A stretch of 10,892 nt of DNA from an uncultured bacterium. GTDB taxonomy: Bacteria > Abyssobacteria > SURF-5. Positions 1 to 6,863 of this stretch are shown here, piece by piece. The notes beneath the pieces were generated by a model. The model saw only the letters and a program-made list of their open reading frames with translations. It ran no database searches and had not been told where the DNA came from. The first letter of the stretch is position 1. Every line of letters starts with the position of its first letter. The stretch spans positions 1 to 10,892 of the forward strand of contig CAZEBC010000138.1 in the NCBI GenBank assembly GCA_964510165.1. The letters are read 5' to 3'. The translations under genes and the position numbers were made by a program.

Positions 1-320
1 CAGATGAACCGCATCAGCGCACCCGTCTCATTTCGGAATTGATGAATCTCGTTCGGAAGCACAAAGACGACCGACCCGGCGGGCGCGGCGTGTGTGCCCT
101 TGTCGGAAACCACAGTAGCGGTTCCCTCAAGAATGAATACCTCATGTTCCCACTCATGCCGATGGTGCGGAGTAAAGCCGCCGGGCTGAACATCAAACAC
201 TCTCATGTAGAAGTTCTTGGCGCCGTCTTCCTTCGATATGACCCATCTGATGGCCACGCCCTCCGCCCCTTGCTCCTCCACCTTTCGACAATTGATCTCC
301 TTGTAATCAGCAATCTTCAT
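1..320 (-). CDS. Cupin domain protein (Cupin_2-like, metal-binding), runs off the left edge
   Basis: My translation from ATG at 320: MKIADYKEINCRKVEEQGAEGVAIRWVISKEDGAKNFYMRVFDVQPGGFTPHHRHEWEHEVFILEGTATVVSDKGTHAAPAGSVVFVLPNEIHQFRNETGALMRFI... It has cupin motif 1 (PxHxHxxEHEVFILEG) and motif 2 (GSVVFVxPNExHQFRN), with a GGAGG RBS upstream. It is absent from the ORF track because the stop lies outside the window. Confidence 0.93.
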   Translation of the reverse strand, partial: MKIADYKEINCRKVEEQGAEGVAIRWVISKEDGAKNFYMRVFDVQPGGFTPHHRHEWEHEVFILEGTATVVSDKGTHAAPAGSVVFVLPNEIHQFRNETGALMRFI

Positions 321-371
321 CCGTTCTCATCCTCCATGTTGGCCAGGCAGTTTGCGCGCGTTCCTCAATCC

Positions 372-380
372 ATTATAACA
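372..380 (-). promoter_or_regulatory. Extended -10 element (TGtTATAAT) upstream of the cupin gene
   Basis: Minus strand 380->372 reads TGTTATAAT, about 50 nt upstream of the ATG. No convincing -35 at canonical spacing. Confidence 0.55.
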
Positions 381-410
381 AACCACGACTTCCCAACCGT
401 CTCCTCTGCC

Positions 411-426
411 GAAGAAAGATTTCTTC
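411..426. promoter_or_regulatory. Perfect 7-2-7 inverted repeat GAAGAAA-GA-TTTCTTC, candidate transcription factor site
   Basis: Read directly. It lies between the two divergent extended -10 elements (372-380 and 448-456). Confidence 0.4.
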
Positions 427-447
427 TGGAGTCGCCCGCGGCAACCG

Positions 448-456
448 TGCTATAAT
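448..456 (+). promoter_or_regulatory. Extended -10 element (TGcTATAAT) upstream of the DUF116 gene
   Basis: TGCTATAAT at 448-456, then an AAAGGA RBS at about 475-480 and ATG at 491. Confidence 0.6.
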
Positions 457-490
457 ACATCTCAGCATTCATCAAAAGGACGAACACCAT

Positions 491-1051
491 ATGCCGAAGA
501 AAGCGCCATTCGCATCCGACGAAACCAGCCGCGTGCGCGCCTTCCTCATGAAGATCCTCCACCCGATTTGTCGCGCGGCCGGAACCCTCGTCGGAATTCA
601 AGGTGAGAAGATCGATGACTATTTCATCGAACGGAATAACCGTGCAATCGCGGCTACAGGGAAAAAATATCGGCCCGAGGAAGTGCTCCTGGTTCTCCCC
701 CATTGCCTGCAGGACTGGGAATGCCCGCACCGCATAAACGCCGATATCCACAACTGCAAAGCCTGCGGAAAATGCAGTATCCCTCAACTCATCGAGATCG
801 GCGACCGGTACAAGGTGCGCATGCGCGTCGTCGGCGGAGGTTCGGCGGCACGCCGGGCCGTGTACGACAGCATGCCCTCCTTCGTTATCGCAGTCGCCTG
901 CGAACGCGATATGGTGTCAGGCCTCAAAGACGCGCTTCCCCTGCCAGTCGTCGGAATCCTGAACGAACGCCCTAACGGCCCCTGCAAGAACACCAGAGTC
1001 GACCTCACCCGTGTGGAACAAACCCTCGCCATGCTCATTGACGGCCGATAG
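491..1051 (+). CDS. DUF116 domain-containing protein
   Basis: 186 aa with the DUF116 pattern LLVLPHCLQxxxC...CxxCGKCSI...GGxxAR...IAVACERDMxxG...P.VGILNERPNGPCxNTxVD. RBS present. Confidence 0.88.
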   Translation: MPKKAPFASDETSRVRAFLMKILHPICRAAGTLVGIQGEKIDDYFIERNNRAIAATGKKYRPEEVLLVLPHCLQDWECPHRINADIHNCKACGKCSIPQLIEIGDRYKVRMRVVGGGSAARRAVYDSMPSFVIAVACERDMVSGLKDALPLPVVGILNERPNGPCKNTRVDLTRVEQTLAMLIDGR

Positions 1052-1077
1052 CTTTCTGATCTCACGGTGGCCTGCAC

Positions 1078-1107
1078 TTGACACCTATCCACAATGCTTG
1101 ATATAAA
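1078..1107 (+). promoter_or_regulatory. sigma70-type promoter for Fe-S paralogue 1
   Basis: TTGACA (1078-1083), 18-nt spacer, then TATAAA (1102-1107) preceded by TGa. Confidence 0.5.
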
Positions 1108-1155
1108 TAAGCGGTCAACGCTGAAATATTCGGGATTCTGAGGGAATACTCAAGA

Positions 1156-1184
1156 TTCGAACTCGAAACCCGAAACTCGAAACC
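1156..1184 (+). repeat. Short heptamer tandem repeat (about 4 x YCGAAAC)
   Basis: Units TTCGAAC, TCGAAAC, CCGAAAC, TCGAAAC in the 5' leader, just upstream of the GGAGG RBS. Confidence 0.75.
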
Positions 1185-1203
1185 ATTTTTCCGGAGGTCA
1201 CCA

Positions 1204-2208
1204 ATGAGTCAAACCAATGTATACCAGGAACTGGCCGAACGCATGTTCATGGGCCATTCCGATATTGTCAAGCGCCTGTTCCAGATGATCGCGAACGAGC
1301 AAGAAGCTGCCCTCATGCTCGCGATGCCTGGGACGGCCGAAGAACTCGCCGAAAAGACGGGCCGCCCGCTCGGTGACGTCGAGAAGTCCCTCGGCGTTCT
1401 CTTCCACAAAGGACTGGCGTTCGTCTCGGGAAGTTCGGGCAAATACCGCATGTGTCGCGACATAGTCCAATTCCACGACGCCTCCATCCTCTGGCCCGAG
1501 GCCTCCAAGCAATTCCATAACCTCTGGAAGGAGTTCACCGACAAGGAATGGGGCCAGGCGGTCAAGGCTATCGAGGCGATGATGGAGCGGCCGCCGACCC
1601 GCATCATCCCCGTCGAGGCCGCCCTCGAGGCCAAGAACCAGATTCTCCATTATGAAAACGTGCGCGAGATCGTCGAAAACGCCAAGCGCATCGCCGTCAC
1701 AAAGTGCACATGCCGCGTCGTCGACGGCAAGTGTGGGCTTCCGGTCGAGGCGTGCATCCAGATTAACCGTGCCGCCGAGTACGCCATCACCCGAGGGACC
1801 GGCCGCGAGATCGACAAGAAGGAAGCCATGGACATCATGAAGAAGGCCGAGGAGGCTGGGCTGGTGCATGTCACCATGAACACCGACCACATAGACCACT
1901 ACATCTGCAATTGCTGCTCCGACTGCTGCATCGGCCTGCGCTACATGATCACGGAGGGAACCAAGTTCGTGTCGCCGTCCAGATTTCAGGCCGTCATCGA
2001 CGAGGATGCCTGCATCGGATGCGAATCATGCGTGGACCGCTGCTACTTCGGCGCAATAACCGCTCAGGAAACCAACGGCGAGACCAAAGCCAATGTGGAC
2101 GCCGAAAAATGCGTCGGCTGCGGCCTCTGCAGCGTCGTCTGCCCATCCGACGCAATCCACTTCGACGAGGCTCGCCCGGCCGACTTCATCCCGACAGCGG
2201 GCAAGTGA
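1204..2208 (+). CDS. Uncharacterised 4Fe-4S binding protein, paralogue 1 (wHTH-like N-terminus, CxC/CNCC core, C-terminal 2x[4Fe-4S] ferredoxin domain)
   Basis: 334 aa, GGAGG RBS. Motifs CTCR...C...C, EEAGLVH, ICNCCSDCC, CIGCESCVDRC and CVGCGLCSVVCP. Confidence 0.9.
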   Translation: MSQTNVYQELAERMFMGHSDIVKRLFQMIANEQEAALMLAMPGTAEELAEKTGRPLGDVEKSLGVLFHKGLAFVSGSSGKYRMCRDIVQFHDASILWPEASKQFHNLWKEFTDKEWGQAVKAIEAMMERPPTRIIPVEAALEAKNQILHYENVREIVENAKRIAVTKCTCRVVDGKCGLPVEACIQINRAAEYAITRGTGREIDKKEAMDIMKKAEEAGLVHVTMNTDHIDHYICNCCSDCCIGLRYMITEGTKFVSPSRFQAVIDEDACIGCESCVDRCYFGAITAQETNGETKANVDAEKCVGCGLCSVVCPSDAIHFDEARPADFIPTAGK

Positions 2209-2234
2209 AACTCAATACACCTGCCGAAAAACAT

Positions 2235-2268
2235 TCGCCCCTGCGAACTGCTACGTTCGCAGGGGCGA
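2235..2268. terminator. Perfect 14-bp stem-loop between convergent genes (terminator or REP-like element)
   Basis: TCGCCCCTGCGAAC-tgctac-GTTCGCAGGGGCGA. On the minus strand it is followed by ATGTTTTT; there is no U-tract on the plus strand. Confidence 0.7.
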
Positions 2269-2291
2269 GTCGTCTGTGATACCCTTGAACT

Positions 2292-3374
2292 TTACATAAA
2301 CTGATCCAGCGGCTTGCCCGTGTGCATGCTGCGCTCCATCATCCACGAGACCATGCTCGACGGCGGCTCGATGCACTGGTCGGCAGGTTTGCGAACAAGC
2401 AAAATAGACTCGCTCGGACACGTCGGCGCGCACACGCCGCAACCGATGCAGCGATTTCGGGCAACCTCATAGTGATCGCCTTGCTCAGAAATAGCGCCCA
2501 TCGGGCAACGCTCGTTCGCGCATGTCCCGCACGCCACGCACGTCTCCGGATTGATCGAGGCCCAGAAGTTCGATTTCGCGAGCATCCCGGGCGCGTTGAA
2601 CTTGCTGATGCCCCGCAACAGCCCGCAGCAGCACGAACAGCAATTGCAGAAATGATACGTGTCGTCGCTGAAGCTCATCGTCGCATGGACGAGGCCGGCA
2701 TCCTCCGCTTCCTTCATGATTCGTTCGGCCTCCGCCCGGTCCACTCGCCTGCCGCCGTAATCCACGTCAAACGCATGCTCCGACATAGACATCGTGATGC
2801 AATTGCCCTTGGGCTTGCTGCACGGATTCCCCAGCGCCTCCTGCTCCTTCTGGCAGATGCATTCGCGCGTGATGAACACCTTCGCCTGGTCCATCAATCG
2901 GCGTACGCTCTCAAACGGATGCACCTCAAGCTGCGCGTCCACTGCCTGCTCAATCGGAATCGTGTGCATGAACGCAGGCTTCGTGTTGCCAATCCGCTCA
3001 AACAAGCCTTCCGCAATATATTCCTCCATCAGCTCCGCCAGTTCCTTGTCCATGCGCGGCATCTGAAACTCGTAAATGCCCACAATAAACGGAACCGCAT
3101 GATATCTGCGCGCGCCAAGCGGGCCCATTCCCCCTATCTCGCCCCGCTCGACCATCTTCTCCAGTTTCTCGGCCATCGCCCCCGCATCGCGACCGAGCCG
3201 CTCGGCTATTTCAGCGGGCGTCTCGGGAATCAGCTTGAGCGAACACGCGATCTCGGCCTCGTCGTCAGTGTAAATCTTCCTCAGCACCTTCAGCTCGATG
3301 CCGCTTCTTGTCCTCGGGAAACCGTTCGGAAGCGCATCAAGCCTCTGCGCCAAACGTTCGTACACGTCACTCAT
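2292..3374 (-). CDS. Uncharacterised 4Fe-4S binding protein, paralogue 2
   Basis: Start reassigned to ATG at 3374 (MSDVYERLAQRLDALPNGFP) behind an AAAAGGAGG RBS, giving 360 aa. Motifs PFIVGIYE, CICQ...C...C, EDAGLVH, FCNCCSCCC, CVACGTCANERCP and CIGCGVCAPTCP. Confidence 0.9.
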   Translation of the reverse strand: MSDVYERLAQRLDALPNGFPRTRSGIELKVLRKIYTDDEAEIACSLKLIPETPAEIAERLGRDAGAMAEKLEKMVERGEIGGMGPLGARRYHAVPFIVGIYEFQMPRMDKELAELMEEYIAEGLFERIGNTKPAFMHTIPIEQAVDAQLEVHPFESVRRLMDQAKVFITRECICQKEQEALGNPCSKPKGNCITMSMSEHAFDVDYGGRRVDRAEAERIMKEAEDAGLVHATMSFSDDTYHFCNCCSCCCGLLRGISKFNAPGMLAKSNFWASINPETCVACGTCANERCPMGAISEQGDHYEVARNRCIGCGVCAPTCPSESILLVRKPADQCIEPPSSMVSWMMERSMHTGKPLDQFM

Positions 3375-3431
3375 TGAAACCCTCCTTTTGTATTGCCCTT
3401 TCATTCAACCGCGCCCCGGCGCGAAACCCCT

Positions 3432-5606
3432 TCACTGCCTTTGAACTCTGCACCGAATGTACTTGTGCAGCGGCGTCCCTGTAAATGGCTCGCGATGCTC
3501 CGCCGCAATAAGCTCGTTCACGTTTATTCCCACCTGTTCCAGCTTGCCGGTCGCCTTGTCCGTGTGCAACATGCCGAAACCATGCGGAATGGACACATTG
3601 CCGGGATAGATGTCGTCCGTAACCTTCACCGGAATAGAAACCGCCGATGTCTCCGTCTCAAGCCTCACCGTCTCGCCGTCCGACACTTCCAGCCGCTGCG
3701 CATCCTGCCTGCTCATCCGGAGGTAATTGCTCGGCAGCTTGTCCACGCGCCAGTCATGGTCGCGCATCAGCGTGTTCGCCGTGTAGTTTGTGCGCTCGCC
3801 TGTCTGCAGGATGAACGGATAGTCCGCATCCGCCGCTAGGTCCACCTCTGCCGGAATCTTCAGTTTCTTCAGCAAGTCAAGCACCATCGGTACCTCAAGG
3901 TGTACCTTGCCGTCTGCTGTCTTGATTCGCTCCAGGTTGTTCTCGTCCTGAGTGTCGCACAGGTAAATGCCTTCGGGATGCTCAAACACCTTCTGGAAAA
4001 GCTCCGCCGCATCATCGCCCTTTCCAGTGATCACACTGTTCTTTACTAATGCGTCGCGATGCTTCATGGCGAACATAGTGCTGAATGCCTTGATGAGCGA
4101 AAGAATGGGATATTCTTCGCCGCTATCCTTCGCCAGCTTCAGCATCGCAAACGGCAACAAGCCCGACACATCCACACCCATCTTCTCTAAAATCATCAGT
4201 TGTATGTCACATTCCTGCCTCGCCAGTTCCGGCCCCTTGCACACCGGATGCCGCAAGTGATAATAAATCTGAGGGAATCCCTTCGGGAAAAATGATGCCT
4301 CGAATTTCTCGAAGCCGCACTTCGCAGGAAGCACGTAATGCGCCAGATGGGCAGTCTCGCTCATCGCCGGCTCTATCACCACCAGAAGGCCAAGCGCCCT
4401 GAACGCTTTTTCAAACTTCTTGGTGTCCGCGTACGAACGCAGCGGGTTGCTCCCCTCAACGATCACCGCGCGAATTCGCCCCTCGCCCGGCGTGAGAATC
4501 TCCTCGGGCAGCGCATTCGGCGGGAACAGTCCCCTGATCGCTGGTATGCCCGCCACGCGCGTCTTCCATTTCTCAGCCTCTCCTTCCGGCAGGTCGAGGT
4601 CCATGAAACCCTCGGAAAACGTCACGCCGCCAGGCACGCCCAGGTTGCCCGTGATTGCCAGAAGAACCCGCTCCAGATACACATTCTCCATCATGTATAT
4701 CTGGTGATAAATCCCCAAGTCTATATATGTGGCCGCTCGCTTCGCCTTGGCAAATGTGCGCGCAACATTCCGGATTTGCCCTGCCTCGATGTCACACAAT
4801 GGCGCCGCCCGCTCAGGAGTCACCAGGTCGGCAATCCACTTCACGTTGGCCCAACCGCTCGTATGTTCCTTGATGTATTCCTCGTCACACAGGCCCTCCC
4901 TTACTACCACATTAATGAGGGCGAGCAAAAAGTAAACGTCTGTGCCCGGCTTTATCCGCAAATACATATCCGCTTTCTCAGCCGTCTCGTGGCGGCGCGG
5001 GTCTACCACTATCAGCGTCCGATTCGGGTCCCTCGATATCTCCCCCAAAACCAGCCGCGCCCGTTGGATGCCGTGGCTCATCCACGGATTGCCTCCGATT
5101 ATCAGAAGAACGTCGCACCGATGCTCGTCACAATGAAAATCCAGATTCTCGCTGCCGAACATCTGGCCGTTGATCCAATACTTCTGCGTGTACTCCTGCG
5201 CCAGAGGATTGTAGATGTACTTCGTGCCAAGTGCCTGCATGAAAAACAGGGCGTAAGGCACATCCAGATGGTTTGCCTGGCCGCCACCCCCCATGAACGC
5301 AATTGCCCGCGGCCCGTGCTTGTCCAATATCTCCTTCAGTCTTGCCGCCACCTCGCCCGTTGCCGTATCCCAGTCTATGGCCTCGAACGAGCCGTCCGAA
5401 CGGCGCCGCAGCGGCGACAGCACTCGCTGATTATGGCTCTGATAATGCGGATTATAGAACGACTTGTTGCAGACATATCCCCGGCTGAACGGGTTGTTCT
5501 TGTCCGCCCGCACCTTCACAATGCGGTCATTCTCCACCTGCACCTCAATCCCGCAATTGTTCCCGCACATGCAGCACGCCGTAGATTTCCACTCACCGCT
5601 CCCCAT
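3432..5606 (-). CDS. Molybdopterin (Mo/W-bisPGD) oxidoreductase catalytic subunit, DMSO reductase superfamily, predicted cytoplasmic, substrate unknown
   Basis: Start at ATG 5606 (MGSGEWKSTACCMCGNNC) after a GGGGAG RBS, giving 724 aa. N-terminal FS0 motif CX2CX3CX27C followed by NK. Family motifs IDWDTA, IGGNP, VVDPRRHETA..AD..L.IKPGTD, GNLGVPGG, GSNP, MSETA..AHYVLP and a C-terminal molybdopterin-binding domain (LQTGER...PGNVSIPHGFG...INVNEL). No twin-arginine signal. Confidence 0.93.
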   Translation of the reverse strand: MGSGEWKSTACCMCGNNCGIEVQVENDRIVKVRADKNNPFSRGYVCNKSFYNPHYQSHNQRVLSPLRRRSDGSFEAIDWDTATGEVAARLKEILDKHGPRAIAFMGGGGQANHLDVPYALFFMQALGTKYIYNPLAQEYTQKYWINGQMFGSENLDFHCDEHRCDVLLIIGGNPWMSHGIQRARLVLGEISRDPNRTLIVVDPRRHETAEKADMYLRIKPGTDVYFLLALINVVVREGLCDEEYIKEHTSGWANVKWIADLVTPERAAPLCDIEAGQIRNVARTFAKAKRAATYIDLGIYHQIYMMENVYLERVLLAITGNLGVPGGVTFSEGFMDLDLPEGEAEKWKTRVAGIPAIRGLFPPNALPEEILTPGEGRIRAVIVEGSNPLRSYADTKKFEKAFRALGLLVVIEPAMSETAHLAHYVLPAKCGFEKFEASFFPKGFPQIYYHLRHPVCKGPELARQECDIQLMILEKMGVDVSGLLPFAMLKLAKDSGEEYPILSLIKAFSTMFAMKHRDALVKNSVITGKGDDAAELFQKVFEHPEGIYLCDTQDENNLERIKTADGKVHLEVPMVLDLLKKLKIPAEVDLAADADYPFILQTGERTNYTANTLMRDHDWRVDKLPSNYLRMSRQDAQRLEVSDGETVRLETETSAVSIPVKVTDDIYPGNVSIPHGFGMLHTDKATGKLEQVGINVNELIAAEHREPFTGTPLHKYIRCRVQRQ

Positions 5607-5633
5607 TCTTCTCTCCCCCTTCAGCACTGCTCG

Positions 5634-6725
5634 TTAGAACCTGAACTCCCGTTGCTTGTCTTGCATCACCTTCATCACCAACTCGCCCTGCCTCGGAACC
5701 AGCCTTCTCTCCGCCTCCGGTCTCTCGACCAGCGACACCGATTCCGATGGACATGTCGGGTAACAAACGCCGCACCCGATGCATTTCCCCGCGTCCACCT
5801 GCGCGGGTCCGCCGTCCACTACTATTGCGTCCACCGGACACCGCTCGGCGCAAGTCCCGCACTCGACACAGCTATCCTGGTCTATCTGTGACACGAAGTT
5901 TGAGCGCGCAAACATGTTCTTTTCACCTTGTACCAGCAGGCCGGTCAAGAAAATGCAAGCGTCCGCGCAACAATTGCAGATGGTGTCTATCTCCTCCTGA
6001 TAGTTGCCCGTGATATGAACGAGGCCTTCCTCGTTCGACTTCTTGAGTATCTCCAGCGTCTCGTCCACCGTTATCTCGCGGGCCATTCCGTTCGCGACAA
6101 TATAGCGGCCAAGGCTGCCGAAGTGCAGGCAATTCTCGGTCGAATGCTCACATTCGCCCTCACCCGCATACTTCCGCATCAACCGGCATGGACAGTGCGC
6201 CACGGCCTGGTACGTCGTCTCCTTCACTTTCTCCACCAATCTCTCATAAGGCGAGACCTTGCGGGTATCCAAGATCGATTCCTGCACCGGAATCACCCGC
6301 GTCATCGGCATGTCCGACAGCCCGCCGATTTCATGGTAGAACGCGCTGCGGGCGTACTTCAGCCACAGCGGCGCCAGCTTCTCGGCCTCGGGCGACCGCT
6401 TTCCGCCCCAGAATGGTGTCTCGCTCAAGCCCACCACCGTCGGCAATAGCCGATATAGCGGCTCATCGCCGCCAAGCACCACAAACACCGTCCCCTTCTT
6501 CGCCATCTGCTCGAGCATCGGCCTCAATTCCCCCTCGGCCATGCCCGTGCGCTCGGCAAGCGCATCCAGCGCCATCGGCAGAAACGGCAGCTTCAGCGCA
6601 AGCTCAGCCTCTTTCTCGGTATACAGAATCTTCAAAATCTCGAACAGTTCTTTTGCCTTGGGAGCGCCTATCGGCATCGAATTCAGATACTCGGCCAGTT
6701 GCTCATACACCCCTTGCCCGCTCAT
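5634..6725 (-). CDS. Uncharacterised 4Fe-4S binding protein, paralogue 3 (first gene of the Mo-enzyme operon)
   Basis: 363 aa, AAGGAG RBS. Motifs YEQLAEYLNSMPIGAP, PTVVGLSE, CPCR...C...C, EEGLVH, ICNCCADAC, CVECGTCAERCP and CIGCGVCYPTCP. Ends 27 nt before the Mo-enzyme start. Confidence 0.9.
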   Translation of the reverse strand: MSGQGVYEQLAEYLNSMPIGAPKAKELFEILKILYTEKEAELALKLPFLPMALDALAERTGMAEGELRPMLEQMAKKGTVFVVLGGDEPLYRLLPTVVGLSETPFWGGKRSPEAEKLAPLWLKYARSAFYHEIGGLSDMPMTRVIPVQESILDTRKVSPYERLVEKVKETTYQAVAHCPCRLMRKYAGEGECEHSTENCLHFGSLGRYIVANGMAREITVDETLEILKKSNEEGLVHITGNYQEEIDTICNCCADACIFLTGLLVQGEKNMFARSNFVSQIDQDSCVECGTCAERCPVDAIVVDGGPAQVDAGKCIGCGVCYPTCPSESVSLVERPEAERRLVPRQGELVMKVMQDKQREFRF

Positions 6726-6765
6726 GTTTCATTCTCCTTCTCCTCTATCTCTCCAGCCATATTCT

Positions 6766-6783
6766 ATACTGACCAGTTAGTAT
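6766..6783. promoter_or_regulatory. Operator-like imperfect palindrome ATACTGACCAGTTAGTAT
   Basis: 14 of 18 positions are self-complementary. It overlaps the predicted transcription start (about 6781) of the minus-strand operon. Confidence 0.6.
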
Positions 6784-6787
6784 GGCA

Positions 6788-6816
6788 AATCTAGCATATC
6801 CCATCCCCGCTGTCAA
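6788..6816 (-). promoter_or_regulatory. sigma70-type promoter of the FeS-Mo-FeS operon
   Basis: Minus strand: TTGACA (6816-6811), 17 nt, then TAGATT (6793-6788) with an extended TGc. Confidence 0.7.
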
Positions 6817-6863
6817 GCGCCTCATAGCCCCATCGTGGATAACCTCTCTCTTCATTGTCTCTC

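Noticed and set aside
1085-1093. DnaA-box-like 9-mers (CTATCCACA here; CGTGGATAA at 6834-6842)
   Set aside because: Each is isolated with one mismatch, with no cluster or AT-rich unwinding element. This is compatible with chance.
1204-2208. Naming the Fe-S paralogues rnfB, hdrA or plain ferredoxin
   Set aside because: Only the C-terminal ferredoxin motifs are shared. There is no RnfB membrane anchor, no FAD-binding GxGxxG, and no rnf or hdr genes in the window.
3375-3404. Longer ORF-track starts: 3404 for paralogue 2, 5627 for the Mo enzyme, 9602 for the DUF6670-like gene
   Set aside because: The first two extensions contain the SD of the downstream ATG (3374, 5606). The third overlaps the radical SAM 3' end, whereas ATG 9527 fits tight coupling.
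3410-3434. Possible selenocysteine read-through of the Mo-enzyme TGA, with a nearby GC hairpin (3410-3423) as SECIS
   Set aside because: The TGA falls at the normal end of the C-terminal domain (…CRVQRQ), not at a conserved Cys position. The 5-bp hairpin is more plausibly an intercistronic element or chance.
4338-5891. 517-aa plus-strand ORF antisense to the Mo enzyme (similarly 2322..3377, 1198..1899, 5928..6449 and 9784..10590)
   Set aside because: These are Arg/His/Leu-rich with no motifs and lie opposite clear genes. Long antisense frames are expected with GC-biased codon usage.
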